In this document: piece after piece, positions 19,860-29,293 of the stretch
Position numbering within the stretch: the stretch's first letter is position 1
Layout: every line of letters starts with the position of its first letter
Source: Candidatus Bathyarchaeia archaeon
Lineage (GTDB): Archaea > Thermoproteota > Bathyarchaeia > 40CM-2-53-6
Direction: 5' to 3'
Length of the DNA: 64,000 bases
Assembly (NCBI GenBank): GCA_050013255.1
Contig: JBEKFP010000002.1
Location: 352,001 to 416,000, forward strand
Notes under the pieces: generated by a model
What the model was told of the DNA's origin: nothing
Database searches by the model: none
The model's input: only the letters and a program-made list of their open reading frames with translations
Program-made: the position numbers and the translations under genes

Positions 19860-21488
19860 ATGTCAGCTACATCGAAACGAAACAAAACATACATCGCAGC
19901 AGCAGTCCTAATAGTAATAATCCTAGCTGGAGTAGGCTACTACTACTATTCCTTACCAAGCGTTCCAACGACCAAAGACACCATCGTTATCGGCACGACC
20001 GACACTGTTCAAACTACACTTGACCCTGCAGACGCATACGACTACTTTGCACAAAGCGTAATCATGACCAACATAGCTAATGGGCTCGTTGAATACATCC
20101 CAGGAACGACTCAATATGTACCAGCTCTGGCGACAGATTGGAAAGTAAGCTCGGATGGTCTCACGTGGACATTCAACCTGCGGCAGGGCGTAAAATTCGC
20201 GGACGGAACACCATTTGACGCAAACGTCGTGAAGTATTCCATAGATAGAGAGTTTGCAATCGACGAATCATCAGGTCCATTCGCGGGAGTCGGCATCGAC
20301 ACAATGATCAGCAAAACTGTTGTGACAAGCCAATACCAAGTTCAATTCGTTCTAACCGCGCCGTTCTCAGCGTTCCTCGCAATCGTCGCCTTCCAGGCCA
20401 TGTGGCCAGTCAACCCGAATGTGGCCCCAATGCATTCTATAGTAAACTACACAGGAGATGTGAAAACAGAAATCAACACAAACATCGGAGCCTACGTTCT
20501 GACCAATTGGCAAAGAACAGGCGGCAAGGATGTTGAGCTTGATCTGCAGGCAAATCCAAACTATTGGAACGCATCAGGAGGCTATCCCAAAACAAAGAAT
20601 ATCATCTTCAAGATCTACTCTGATTCCACAGCGCTCAACCTAGCTATGCAGAGTGGGGAAATAGATATCGCCTATAGGCAGCTCGCTCCAAGTGACAACC
20701 AAGCGTATAAAACAAACACAAACTTCAAGTTCTGGGAAGGGCCCGGCGCATTCATACAATACCTTTGTTTTAACGAGAACTCAGCGCCATTTAACAACAC
20801 GGCGGTGAGGCAAGCAGTCGCGGCAGCTCTTGATAGGTCACTCATAACCAACACGGTCTTCCTAGGACAGGTAGACCCGTTGTATAGTATGATACCGGCT
20901 GGAATGGCTTATCACGAAGATTCGTTCAAGACTTACGGTGACGCGAACGTTGCCCAAGCCACATCGTTGCTACAAGGCGCAGGTTACAGTACATCAAACC
21001 CACTGAAATTCACACTGACATACCCCACAGGGCACTACTCATCGACGGACGGGATTTCTTCTGCAATTAAGCAAGCGCTTGAAAAGACCGGTATCGCACA
21101 GGTTACACTCAGCAGCCAACCATGGGCAAACTACAAAGCAAGCACGCAGTCGGATCAACTGCAGGCGTACATTTACGGATGGTACCCTGACTTTGTGGAT
21201 CCATACGACTACACACAACCATTTCTCCCAGCCGACGGCCGCGGTTTCCTGAACACACACTACGTCAACCCCAACATGGCAGCATTAATCAAGCAAGTGG
21301 GTTCGTCCACTGACACGAGCACGTTCGCCGCAACCTACGCGAGCATTCAACAGTTGACTGCAACAGACGCGCCGGTAGTGCCTCTCTTTCAAGGCAAAAC
21401 CACTGCTGTAAGCAATCTAAAGGTCAACGGAATAGTACTAGACGAAACGATCTGGTTCAGAGCCTACCTGTTGTGGGAAACAGCATAG
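19860..21488 (+). CDS. Peptide/nickel ABC transporter substrate-binding protein (family 5)
   Basis: N-terminal membrane anchor, TLDPA, PALATDW, LRQGVKFADGTPF, VRQAVAAALDR, GWYPDF. Confidence 0.93.
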   Translation: MSATSKRNKTYIAAAVLIVIILAGVGYYYYSLPSVPTTKDTIVIGTTDTVQTTLDPADAYDYFAQSVIMTNIANGLVEYIPGTTQYVPALATDWKVSSDGLTWTFNLRQGVKFADGTPFDANVVKYSIDREFAIDESSGPFAGVGIDTMISKTVVTSQYQVQFVLTAPFSAFLAIVAFQAMWPVNPNVAPMHSIVNYTGDVKTEINTNIGAYVLTNWQRTGGKDVELDLQANPNYWNASGGYPKTKNIIFKIYSDSTALNLAMQSGEIDIAYRQLAPSDNQAYKTNTNFKFWEGPGAFIQYLCFNENSAPFNNTAVRQAVAAALDRSLITNTVFLGQVDPLYSMIPAGMAYHEDSFKTYGDANVAQATSLLQGAGYSTSNPLKFTLTYPTGHYSSTDGISSAIKQALEKTGIAQVTLSSQPWANYKASTQSDQLQAYIYGWYPDFVDPYDYTQPFLPADGRGFLNTHYVNPNMAALIKQVGSSTDTSTFAATYASIQQLTATDAPVVPLFQGKTTAVSNLKVNGIVLDETIWFRAYLLWETA

Positions 21489-21495
21489 ACATCTT

Positions 21496-21536
21496 CTGGG
21501 TAAGTTTAAAGCCCAGCCTCCCATCCCTCCTTTTTT
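21496..21536 (+). terminator. Hairpin plus pyrimidine/T tract between the binding-protein and permease genes
   Basis: CTGGG...CCCAG stem followed by CCTCCCATCCCTCCTTTTTT. Confidence 0.45.
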
Positions 21537-22568
21537 GTGGGCTTAAGAGATTACGTAATCACTAGGATACTTCTAACGATCCCCATGATTATGATTTTGC
21601 TTTCGATCGTGTTCATAATCATGAGAGTTTTGCCGGGCAACCCAGTGTTGCTTAGGTTTGAGAAGAACGCCGACCCGGCATTGATAGCGTCGTTTACGCA
21701 TCAGCTCGGCTTGGATAGACCACTGTACGTTCAGTATGTCGATTACCTGTGGGGTCTTTTGCATGGCAACTTTGGCACATCTATGGCGGGGGACTTCGAA
21801 CCGGTCGGCCCTCAGATACTCTCCAGATTCCCTGCTACCCTTGAACTGACGTTCTACGCATTCATTGTAGCAGTCGTGGTCGGGGTTTTTTTGGGGGCGT
21901 TCGGTGCTCGCAAGGGTGGTGTTCCTGACGAGGGCGTCAAGGTATTTGGCATTCTCATCTACGCTTTTCCCGTCTTCTTCCTCGGCATGATACTTCAGCT
22001 TGTGTTCGGGATTTGGATTCACCTCTTGCCAGTATCAGGAAGACTCGGCGCAGGAGTCATGCCCACGGGACTATCGATTGACGGAGTTCAATATCAAACT
22101 GGCATATACACGCTCGACAGCCTCTTATCCGGCAATGTCACCGAGTTCATCGACGCGGTCAGGCACTTGATTCTCCCTGCAACTGCTTTGGGCCTAGTGA
22201 TTTCAGGTGTGTTTGTGAGGATGACGAGAGCAAACATGATGGAGACGATGAGGTCAGATTTTGTTACAGCTGCCCGCGCGCGAGGATTAAATGAGAAAAC
22301 CGTCGTGTACTCTTACGCCCTGAGAAACGCAATGCTACCAATCGTAACCATCATGGGCTTGCAGTTTGCGATCCTTCTGAGCGGCGCTATTCTTACGGAG
22401 ACTGAGTTTAGCATACTCGGGCTGGGCACGTATCTTATTGATAGAGTCAATTTCAGGGACTACACAGCTGTCCAAGGTACTGTTGTTTTTCTTGCTCTGC
22501 TAATATCATCGGTCAGCCTCTTCGTTGACATCCTCTATGCCTACCTCGACCCGAGGGTCAGACTATGA
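21537..22568 (+). CDS. Peptide ABC permease (DppB/OppB-like)
   Basis: LPGNP, LGLDRPLYVQY, FPATLEL, EAA loop DFVTAARARGL, DPR. Confidence 0.93.
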   Translation: MGLRDYVITRILLTIPMIMILLSIVFIIMRVLPGNPVLLRFEKNADPALIASFTHQLGLDRPLYVQYVDYLWGLLHGNFGTSMAGDFEPVGPQILSRFPATLELTFYAFIVAVVVGVFLGAFGARKGGVPDEGVKVFGILIYAFPVFFLGMILQLVFGIWIHLLPVSGRLGAGVMPTGLSIDGVQYQTGIYTLDSLLSGNVTEFIDAVRHLILPATALGLVISGVFVRMTRANMMETMRSDFVTAARARGLNEKTVVYSYALRNAMLPIVTIMGLQFAILLSGAILTETEFSILGLGTYLIDRVNFRDYTAVQGTVVFLALLISSVSLFVDILYAYLDPRVRL

Positions 22569-23446
22569 AGCGGAATAATTCCCGCCAACAACCAGTCTCT
22601 TTGATGGGGACCCTGCTCTCCCCACTCGTAGGAAAGGGGCACGGTAGGCCCCTAATGTTGGTTGGCATCGGAATAACTTTGTTCATAACCCTCATGAGTA
22701 TCACTGCCCCTTTCATCTCACCCCACGACCCAACGCTCATCGGTTTTGGGCCTCCTGACTCGCCCCCAACTGCTCAGTATCCCTTCGGAACAGACCAATA
22801 TGGCAGAGACCTACTAAGCCGGACGATTTGGGGCGGGCGATTCATACTGCTCGTCGCAGTCACAGCGGTCTTGATCTGCATGGCTGTGGGACTACCGATA
22901 GGGCTCGTATCGGCTTACAATGGCGGTAACTTGGACAGAACCGTAGCTCTCGTGATGGATAGCATCTATGCGTTTCCGAGTTTAGTGCTCGCCATAATGA
23001 TTATCAGCGTTTTCGGTGTTTCGATAATAAATGAGTCATTAGCAATCGCGGTCATTTATATCCCGACTTACTTCAGAGTAGTGAGAAGCCAGGTACTCGC
23101 GATAAAGGAAATGCCGTACGTTGACGCTGCAAAATCCGTTGGGGCAAGTGGTCCCGCAATTTTGCTAAAATATATCTTGCCAAATGTAATTTCATCCATT
23201 GTTGTAATAGCCACAGTCAACTTCGCTGACTCGATTCTAACGACAGCGGGGCTTGATTTCGTAGGTCTAGGCTTGTCCGTCACCCTCCCCGACTGGGGAA
23301 TAGACCTCACATATGGGAGGCAGTTGCTGCCCACTGGAGCGTGGTGGACGATATTCTTTTCTGGTTTAATGATTCTCCTAGCGGCACTTGGTTTCTCGTT
23401 AATCAGCGAGGGTTACGCGGAGAGGACGAATCCGAAGCTTCGGTGA
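22565..23446 (+). CDS. Peptide ABC permease (DppC/OppC-like)
   Basis: PFGTDQYGRDLLSR, YVDAAKSVGAS, PDWG. Confidence 0.93.
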   Translation: MKRNNSRQQPVSLMGTLLSPLVGKGHGRPLMLVGIGITLFITLMSITAPFISPHDPTLIGFGPPDSPPTAQYPFGTDQYGRDLLSRTIWGGRFILLVAVTAVLICMAVGLPIGLVSAYNGGNLDRTVALVMDSIYAFPSLVLAIMIISVFGVSIINESLAIAVIYIPTYFRVVRSQVLAIKEMPYVDAAKSVGASGPAILLKYILPNVISSIVVIATVNFADSILTTAGLDFVGLGLSVTLPDWGIDLTYGRQLLPTGAWWTIFFSGLMILLAALGFSLISEGYAERTNPKLR

Positions 23447-23450
23447 AACC

Positions 23451-24437
23451 TTGGAAGCACTCGTAAGCATACAGGGCCTCTCAGTCGTGTACAGGACTGG
23501 TGATGTTACAGCAAAAGCGGTTCAAGATGTTACGCTTGATCTCAGGAAGGGCGAGACACTCGGACTAGTTGGCGAATCGGGATCTGGAAAATCAACACTG
23601 GGATTGGCTCTGATGGGTCTCATTCAGCCTCCAGGCTATATTACTTCGGGAGAAATAACGTTCGATGGGGTTGACCTCAGGAACATGGGTAGGGATGACC
23701 TGAGACGCCTTCGCGGTTCCAAAATTGCCATGATCTTCCAGGACCCTATGACTTCACTCAACCCTGTGAAGAAAATAGGTGACCACTTCATCGAATACAT
23801 ACGAGCGCACGATGCGGATGCCTCGGAACAGAAGGCTAGGTCGATAGCTGAAAAGGCCCTGGCCGATCTTGGAATTCCGGCCTCAAGGGTCGATGACTAC
23901 CCGCACCAGTTCAGTGGAGGCATGAGGCAAAGGGTAATGGTTGGCTTAGCGCTCGCGCTGGGCCCGTCCCTCATAATTGCGGACGAACCTACGACGGCCC
24001 TTGATGTTATCGTGGAGGCCCAAATCCTGAAACTTCTTAGGGACTTGAAGGCGAAGTACTCGCTTTCCCTTCTCCTAATCACGCACAATATGGGTATCGT
24101 TGCAGAGATGGCTGATAGGGTTGCCGTCATGTACGCCGGAAAGATTGCGGAAGTCGCGCCAACGACCAAGATTTTCGAAGACCCGAAACACCCATACACC
24201 AAAGCTCTTCTGGACTCAATCCCTAACATCCAAGTCGAAGATAAGGTTCTCAATACTATCCCGGGTTCGCCACCGAGTCTAACCGACCCGCCGCCTGGTT
24301 GCCCGTTTCATCCCCGATGCCCCTACGCATTCGAGAGGTGTCGAGCTGAAGTGCCCGAATCCGTAGTGACTGGGACCGATTCCGAAGCAGCGTGTTTTCT
24401 GCTGGAGGGTGTAGTAGCTCGCCATTCATCGAAGTAA
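23451..24437 (+). CDS. Peptide ABC ATPase (DppD/OppD-like)
   Basis: GESGSGKS, FSGGMRQR, ADEPTTALD, C-terminal GCPFHPRC. Confidence 0.95.
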   Translation: MEALVSIQGLSVVYRTGDVTAKAVQDVTLDLRKGETLGLVGESGSGKSTLGLALMGLIQPPGYITSGEITFDGVDLRNMGRDDLRRLRGSKIAMIFQDPMTSLNPVKKIGDHFIEYIRAHDADASEQKARSIAEKALADLGIPASRVDDYPHQFSGGMRQRVMVGLALALGPSLIIADEPTTALDVIVEAQILKLLRDLKAKYSLSLLLITHNMGIVAEMADRVAVMYAGKIAEVAPTTKIFEDPKHPYTKALLDSIPNIQVEDKVLNTIPGSPPSLTDPPPGCPFHPRCPYAFERCRAEVPESVVTGTDSEAACFLLEGVVARHSSK

Positions 24438-25405
24438 ATAACTTGAAGAAGTACTTCCCGGTTCAGAAGGGACTTGTCGCTCAACTATTGTCCCGCACAG
24501 AACAATCTGTCAAAGCAGTGGATAACGTTACATTCAATGTGGAGAAGGGTGATGTATTCGGCCTTGTCGGTGAATCAGGCAGCGGGAAGACCACAACAGG
24601 TAAGATCACGGCTGGGCTCCTCAGACCTACCAGCGGCCAAGTTCTGATTGATGGCGTTGACCTTTACGGCCTCGAAAGGAAGAAATTGCGGGCGTTCAGG
24701 CGGAAAATGCAGCTCGTCTTCCAAGACCCATTGTCATCGTTAAACCCGAAGATGACTGTCGGTAACACCATATCAGAACCGCTACGTTATTTGAGCGACG
24801 TACCAGCATCGAAGAGACGAGACAAAGTCCTCGAGCTCCTGGAGAGAGTGGGACTTTCACCCGCAGATTCCTTCTATTCAAGATACCCCCATCACTTGAG
24901 TGGAGGACAGCGACAGAGAGTAGTTATTGCGAGGGCAATTTCAATCGATCCTGAATACTTGATCGCAGACGAGCCCGTCGCTATGGTGGACGTTTCCGTC
25001 AGGGCCCAGATAATTGAGCTGCTCTTGAAAATGCAGCGGGAGCTGAACCTGACGATTCTTCTCATAACCCATGACCTGGCAGTTGCGAAATACATGTGCA
25101 ACAAGATTTCTGTGATGTACTTAGGGAAGATTATGGAAGCGGGGCCAACCAAGGACATATTTGCAAATCCATTACATCCCTATACACAAGCGCTCCTCCA
25201 AGCCGTCCCAATCCCCAACCCAAGGCAACGTTCGGAGAAGAAAATACCAGTAGGGGAGATTCCGAGTGCGTTGAACCCGCCAACTGGATGCGTGTTTCAC
25301 CCCCGTTGTCCATTCGTATTCGACAGGTGCTCTTCTGAAATACCCGAACTTCTTCAACGTGACACGGGACATTACGTCGCCTGCCACCTCTATACTGGGA
25401 AATAG
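24392..25405 (+). CDS. Peptide ABC ATPase (DppF/OppF-like)
   Basis: GESGSGKT, LSGGQRQR, ADEP, GCVFHPRC. Start uncertain (GTG 24392 or TTG 24443). Confidence 0.92.
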   Translation: MFSAGGCSSSPFIEVNNLKKYFPVQKGLVAQLLSRTEQSVKAVDNVTFNVEKGDVFGLVGESGSGKTTTGKITAGLLRPTSGQVLIDGVDLYGLERKKLRAFRRKMQLVFQDPLSSLNPKMTVGNTISEPLRYLSDVPASKRRDKVLELLERVGLSPADSFYSRYPHHLSGGQRQRVVIARAISIDPEYLIADEPVAMVDVSVRAQIIELLLKMQRELNLTILLITHDLAVAKYMCNKISVMYLGKIMEAGPTKDIFANPLHPYTQALLQAVPIPNPRQRSEKKIPVGEIPSALNPPTGCVFHPRCPFVFDRCSSEIPELLQRDTGHYVACHLYTGK

Positions 25406-25415
25406 ACCCGGCGGC

Positions 25416-25818
25416 TTATTTCGCGGGTGCGTATGACGATCGCTTACGCATTTCCCAATTCTTTGCTGATTCAAACCCGAGACGTTTGTAGAATTCCTCG
25501 GTTCCATCGAAATGGTATGACCGAAAAGTCGCTCTGGGGATAATGATCTAAGACAGCTTGGATTAGGCCTGTGCCGACGCCGTGGCTTTTGTGGGAAGGG
25601 GCTACTTCGAGGTAAACAATTATGAATTCTTTCATGTTTGATCGGCTAAGCACAGTTAATCCAATGATCGTGCCTTCTTCGATCGCAATCCAGAACTCAT
25701 GCCCCATGCCGAGAACATTAAATTCGATGCTCTCAGCAGTGGCGGAAAGGCCTTCAGAAATTTGTAGCCTTGAAAGATCTTCAAGGCTACCCCTTCGATA
25801 AACGATCGAGAGGGGCAT
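25416..25818 (-). pseudogene. GNAT acetyltransferase with a one-base frameshift (or sequencing error)
   Basis: Motif A VAPSHKSHGVGTGLI lies in ORF 25471-25818. Motif B FDGTEEFYKRLGF continues in another frame after the T run at 25510-25512 and ends at the stop at 25416. Confidence 0.7.
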
Positions 25819-25931
25819 TCACACCACCAACTTAGTCATTGACTTAACCACAAGGTTTATGTTTGCTCATCCCGAACCGCTCGCCGAATGAAACTCAGAA
25901 TCCATTAAAACAGTCAGAGATATGATAATTC

Positions 25932-26666
25932 TTGGGTAGGCAGATTCGCGTCCAACGGAGAGGAAGGGGAGGGTCGGTCTTCGTTTCCCGCTCCTTCAGA
26001 CGAATCGCACCCGCACGGTTCCCAGCTACCGCACCAGCCTACCCTTCACTGAAAGGCGTTGTCAGAGAGATTATGCATGAAACTGCTAGGGGCACTCCAC
26101 TGGCCTTGGTTGAGTTCGTCAATGGCACTGCCTGCTGCTTGACCGCGCCAGAAGGTCTCGCATTAAATCAAGGGATAACCATCGGGCCCGACGCCTCGCC
26201 GGACGTTGGAAACGTTTTACCCCTGGGCCGAATACCCGAAGGAACACTCGTATCAAGCGTGGAGCTGCGCCCTGGGGATGGCGGTCGCTTAGCCAAATCT
26301 TCAGGAACCTACTGCATGATTGTGGCGCACACTCCGCAGGGAACCGAGGTTCGCATGCCCTCAGGAAAATCAGTTTACATGAACGACAAATGCATGGCTA
26401 TGGTCGGCGTCGTTGCCGGAGCGGGAAGAACTGAGAAACCATTCCTTAAGGCTGGAAACGCTAAGAAGTTAATGAGAGCACGAGGACGAGTCTGGCCAAC
26501 TACTAAGGGACAGGCCATGATTTCAGCATCACATCCTCACGGCGGCGGGCGGCACAAACACGCAGGAAAACCAACAACCGTTGGTCGCAACACGCCGCCC
26601 GGAAGAAAGGTTGGAATGATCGCCGCCCGACAGACTGGCCGAGCGAAACGAGCAATTAGAACTTGA
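25932..26666 (+). CDS. rpl2: 50S ribosomal protein L2 (uL2)
   Basis: QRRGRGG, PEGT, RPGDGG, PSG, KPFLKAG, HPHGGG, PPGRKVG. Confidence 0.96.
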   Translation: MGRQIRVQRRGRGGSVFVSRSFRRIAPARFPATAPAYPSLKGVVREIMHETARGTPLALVEFVNGTACCLTAPEGLALNQGITIGPDASPDVGNVLPLGRIPEGTLVSSVELRPGDGGRLAKSSGTYCMIVAHTPQGTEVRMPSGKSVYMNDKCMAMVGVVAGAGRTEKPFLKAGNAKKLMRARGRVWPTTKGQAMISASHPHGGGRHKHAGKPTTVGRNTPPGRKVGMIAARQTGRAKRAIRT

Positions 26667-26683
26667 ATTCACGGGCGAAATAG

Positions 26684-27076
26684 ATGACTCTACTCGATCC
26701 ACTGTCAAATGCTCTTAACACCATCTACAATAATGAACGAAGACACAAGCGCGAATGCATAGCCTGGCCAGCCTCAAAGCTGATGGGACAAGTTCTGCGT
26801 GTAATGCAAAAGAACGGCTACATTGGCGAGTTCGAATTCATCGACGATGGTCGCGCTGGCAAATACCGAATCCAGCTGTTGGGCCGCGTGAATAAATGCG
26901 GCGTTATCAAACCGAGGTATGCTGTCAGGACGCCTGAGATCGAGGATTGGGAGGAACGATACCTTCCCTCACGAGACGTTGGCGTCCTCATAGTGAGTAC
27001 GCCGAAAGGAGTGGTATCGCATATGGATGCCAGGACGGCCAAAACGGGCGGGCGTTTGCTCGCTTATGTCTTTTGA
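26684..27076 (+). CDS. rps8: 30S ribosomal protein S8 (uS8)
   Basis: DPLSNAL, GYIGEFEFIDDGRAG, INKCGVIKPR-like segment, GGRLLAYV. Confidence 0.96.
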   Translation: MTLLDPLSNALNTIYNNERRHKRECIAWPASKLMGQVLRVMQKNGYIGEFEFIDDGRAGKYRIQLLGRVNKCGVIKPRYAVRTPEIEDWEERYLPSRDVGVLIVSTPKGVVSHMDARTAKTGGRLLAYVF

Positions 27077-27146
27077 AATCGCCCAGCTGGAAACGCTTTA
27101 ATTCCGCACTGAGAACTCGGGTTTACTTCGAAGAGAGGCGTGGAAG

Positions 27147-27746
27147 TTGGCTAAAGGACCACAATACAATCTCCCATTCCGCAGGAGGCGCGAGGGAAGA
27201 ACACATTACGGGAAAAGAAGGAAGCTGGTAACATCGGGAATTGCACGGTTCGTTATCCGTCCAACGAACAAGCATTTGGGAGCGCAAATTATCCAAGCGA
27301 AGCCGGAAGGCGACTTCGTGCTCGCTAGCGCGCATTCCTCCGAGCTGAAAGAGTTCGGCTGGAAGGCACCTTGCGGTAACATGCCCGCCGCATACTTGAC
27401 TGGGTTACTGGCTGGCCGAAGAGCCAAAGCTAATGGCGTTTCTCAAGCAATTTTAGATATTGGCCTATACGCACGAGGGCCTGGCTCGCGCATATTCGCA
27501 GCGGCGAAGGGAGCTCTAAACGCGGGTCTGACCATCCCGCACGAAGAAACGGTGCTTCCCAAAGCGGAACGCATCAAAGGTGAACATGTTAGCAATTATT
27601 CAAAACAGCTCAGTTCGGAAGCAGAAACCCATAAGAAAAGATTCTCGGTGTACTTGAAACACAAACTGAAGCCTGAGGACCTACCGGATCTCGTGGCCCA
27701 GGTAGAGGCGAAAATAAACGCTTCACAGCAGGAAACGAGCAAATGA
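27147..27746 (+). CDS. rpl18: 50S ribosomal protein L18 (uL18)
   Basis: FRRRREGRTHY, NMPAAYLTGLLAG, ILDIG, RIKGEH. Confidence 0.95.
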   Translation: MAKGPQYNLPFRRRREGRTHYGKRRKLVTSGIARFVIRPTNKHLGAQIIQAKPEGDFVLASAHSSELKEFGWKAPCGNMPAAYLTGLLAGRRAKANGVSQAILDIGLYARGPGSRIFAAAKGALNAGLTIPHEETVLPKAERIKGEHVSNYSKQLSSEAETHKKRFSVYLKHKLKPEDLPDLVAQVEAKINASQQETSK

Positions 27747-28369
27747 GCACGCCCCAGAAGCATAAGGCAAAACCCAAGGCTCCTCGGAAAGCCAAGGTGC
27801 ACGTCCCTCGCAAACGGGCAGCTCCCTCCAAGAAACCCGCTGCAAAGGAAGCGGTGCAGCCGCAAAAGAAGGCAGTTGAAGTTGCACCTGAAAAGGTCTT
27901 CCTCTTTGCGGTACGACTCAAGGGGTCCTTCGGCATGCCATTTCAAACTGAGGAAACCTTGACGACCCTTAGGCTGAATAGAAAATTCAATGCTGTTCTC
28001 CTGGAGAATAACGCAAACGTACAGGCTACATTGCGTCAAGCAAAGGATTACGTGACATGGGGCGAAGCTAAGCCTAGAGACATTGTAATGTTGCTAAAGG
28101 AGCGTGGAGAACTTCTCGGCGGGCTCCGAATAACAGACAAATCGGTTCAAGAGAAGTTCGGGGTTCAAACAATAGATGGATTGGTGACCGCACTTGCAGA
28201 CGGTGGTATCACCTTGAAGCAGCTGTGGCAGAAGGGACTCAAACCTGTATTTCGGCTCCATCCACCATCAGGTGGGTTCGCCACCAGCACCAAGCGACCT
28301 CACGGGAGCAGAGGCGAGCTCGGGTACAGAGGCCCAGAAATGGCAACTCTGGTCGCAAGAATGGTTTGA
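27743..28369 (+). CDS. rpl30: 50S ribosomal protein L30 (uL30) with a basic N-terminal extension
   Basis: AVRLKG, KDYVTWGE, FRLHPPSGG, GELGYRG. Confidence 0.92.
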   Translation: MSTPQKHKAKPKAPRKAKVHVPRKRAAPSKKPAAKEAVQPQKKAVEVAPEKVFLFAVRLKGSFGMPFQTEETLTTLRLNRKFNAVLLENNANVQATLRQAKDYVTWGEAKPRDIVMLLKERGELLGGLRITDKSVQEKFGVQTIDGLVTALADGGITLKQLWQKGLKPVFRLHPPSGGFATSTKRPHGSRGELGYRGPEMATLVARMV

Positions 28370-28415
28370 CAGAGTTTAGTCTTTTTCCGGAACAGATCTT
28401 CACCATTGATACACA

Positions 28416-29183
28416 TTGGGGCGACATACCTCTATCACCCTGCTGCCAGTAGGATTCCCGCTCGTCAACCAAGGTCAAAATCTCAATGAACTGGTCGACC
28501 GCGCACTCAGACGTAAAGACCTGAGTCTACGGAATGGCGATGTGCTCGCTGTAGCGAGCAAAATTGTATCATCTTGCGAGAATCGCATCTTTAAACTCGA
28601 TACAGTCAGAGTGTCGGCTAAAGCCATACGACTGTCAGAACGATGGAAAATAGACAGACGCCTTGCATCCATAGTCCTTCGGGAAGCCGACTACATTCTC
28701 GGTGGGATTCGCGGCTTTCTACTTACCATCAAAGATGGGATCTTAACGGCAAATGCAGGAGTGGACGTGAAAAATTCTCCGCGCGGAATGGCGACACTGT
28801 GGCCTAAGAACTCCGACAAATCAGCTTCCCAGCTCCGGCAACATTTAGCGCGGAAAGGGCTTACTCGTCTCGGAGTGGAGATTGTTGACAGCCGCGTGAC
28901 ACCTCTTCGACTGGGAACTATTGGGCTTGCAATTGGGTCGTTTGGGTTTGAACCCGTTCGTGACTATCGGCATAAACCAGATCTGTATGGGCGAGAGGTA
29001 AGGGTTACTCAGATCAATATCGCCGACGACCTAGCTTCAGCGGCTCACATGCTCATGGGGGAAACACGGGAACAGATAGGAGCCGTTGTGATCAGAAACG
29101 CGCCAGTACTATTTGGTAGTTCGGTAGGGTCAAGCCGAGCAATACTAGAACCACAACGTTGCTTAATTTCATCCAACTTCTGA
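28416..29183 (+). CDS. cofE: Coenzyme F420-0:gamma-glutamyl ligase family protein
   Basis: GDVLAVASKIVS, ANAGVD, DSRVTPLRLG, DLYGR, ADDLASAA-x-MGE. Confidence 0.85.
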   Translation: MGRHTSITLLPVGFPLVNQGQNLNELVDRALRRKDLSLRNGDVLAVASKIVSSCENRIFKLDTVRVSAKAIRLSERWKIDRRLASIVLREADYILGGIRGFLLTIKDGILTANAGVDVKNSPRGMATLWPKNSDKSASQLRQHLARKGLTRLGVEIVDSRVTPLRLGTIGLAIGSFGFEPVRDYRHKPDLYGREVRVTQINIADDLASAAHMLMGETREQIGAVVIRNAPVLFGSSVGSSRAILEPQRCLISSNF

Positions 29184-29293
29184 ACCCTTTCCAGTAATTC
29201 CACGTGCAATATCACTTTTCCACTCGGGTTGATCGACAGGATCAAGTCGAGTCAGATTCTTGTTGCTTCTATAACTGTAGAAGAACGAATGTG

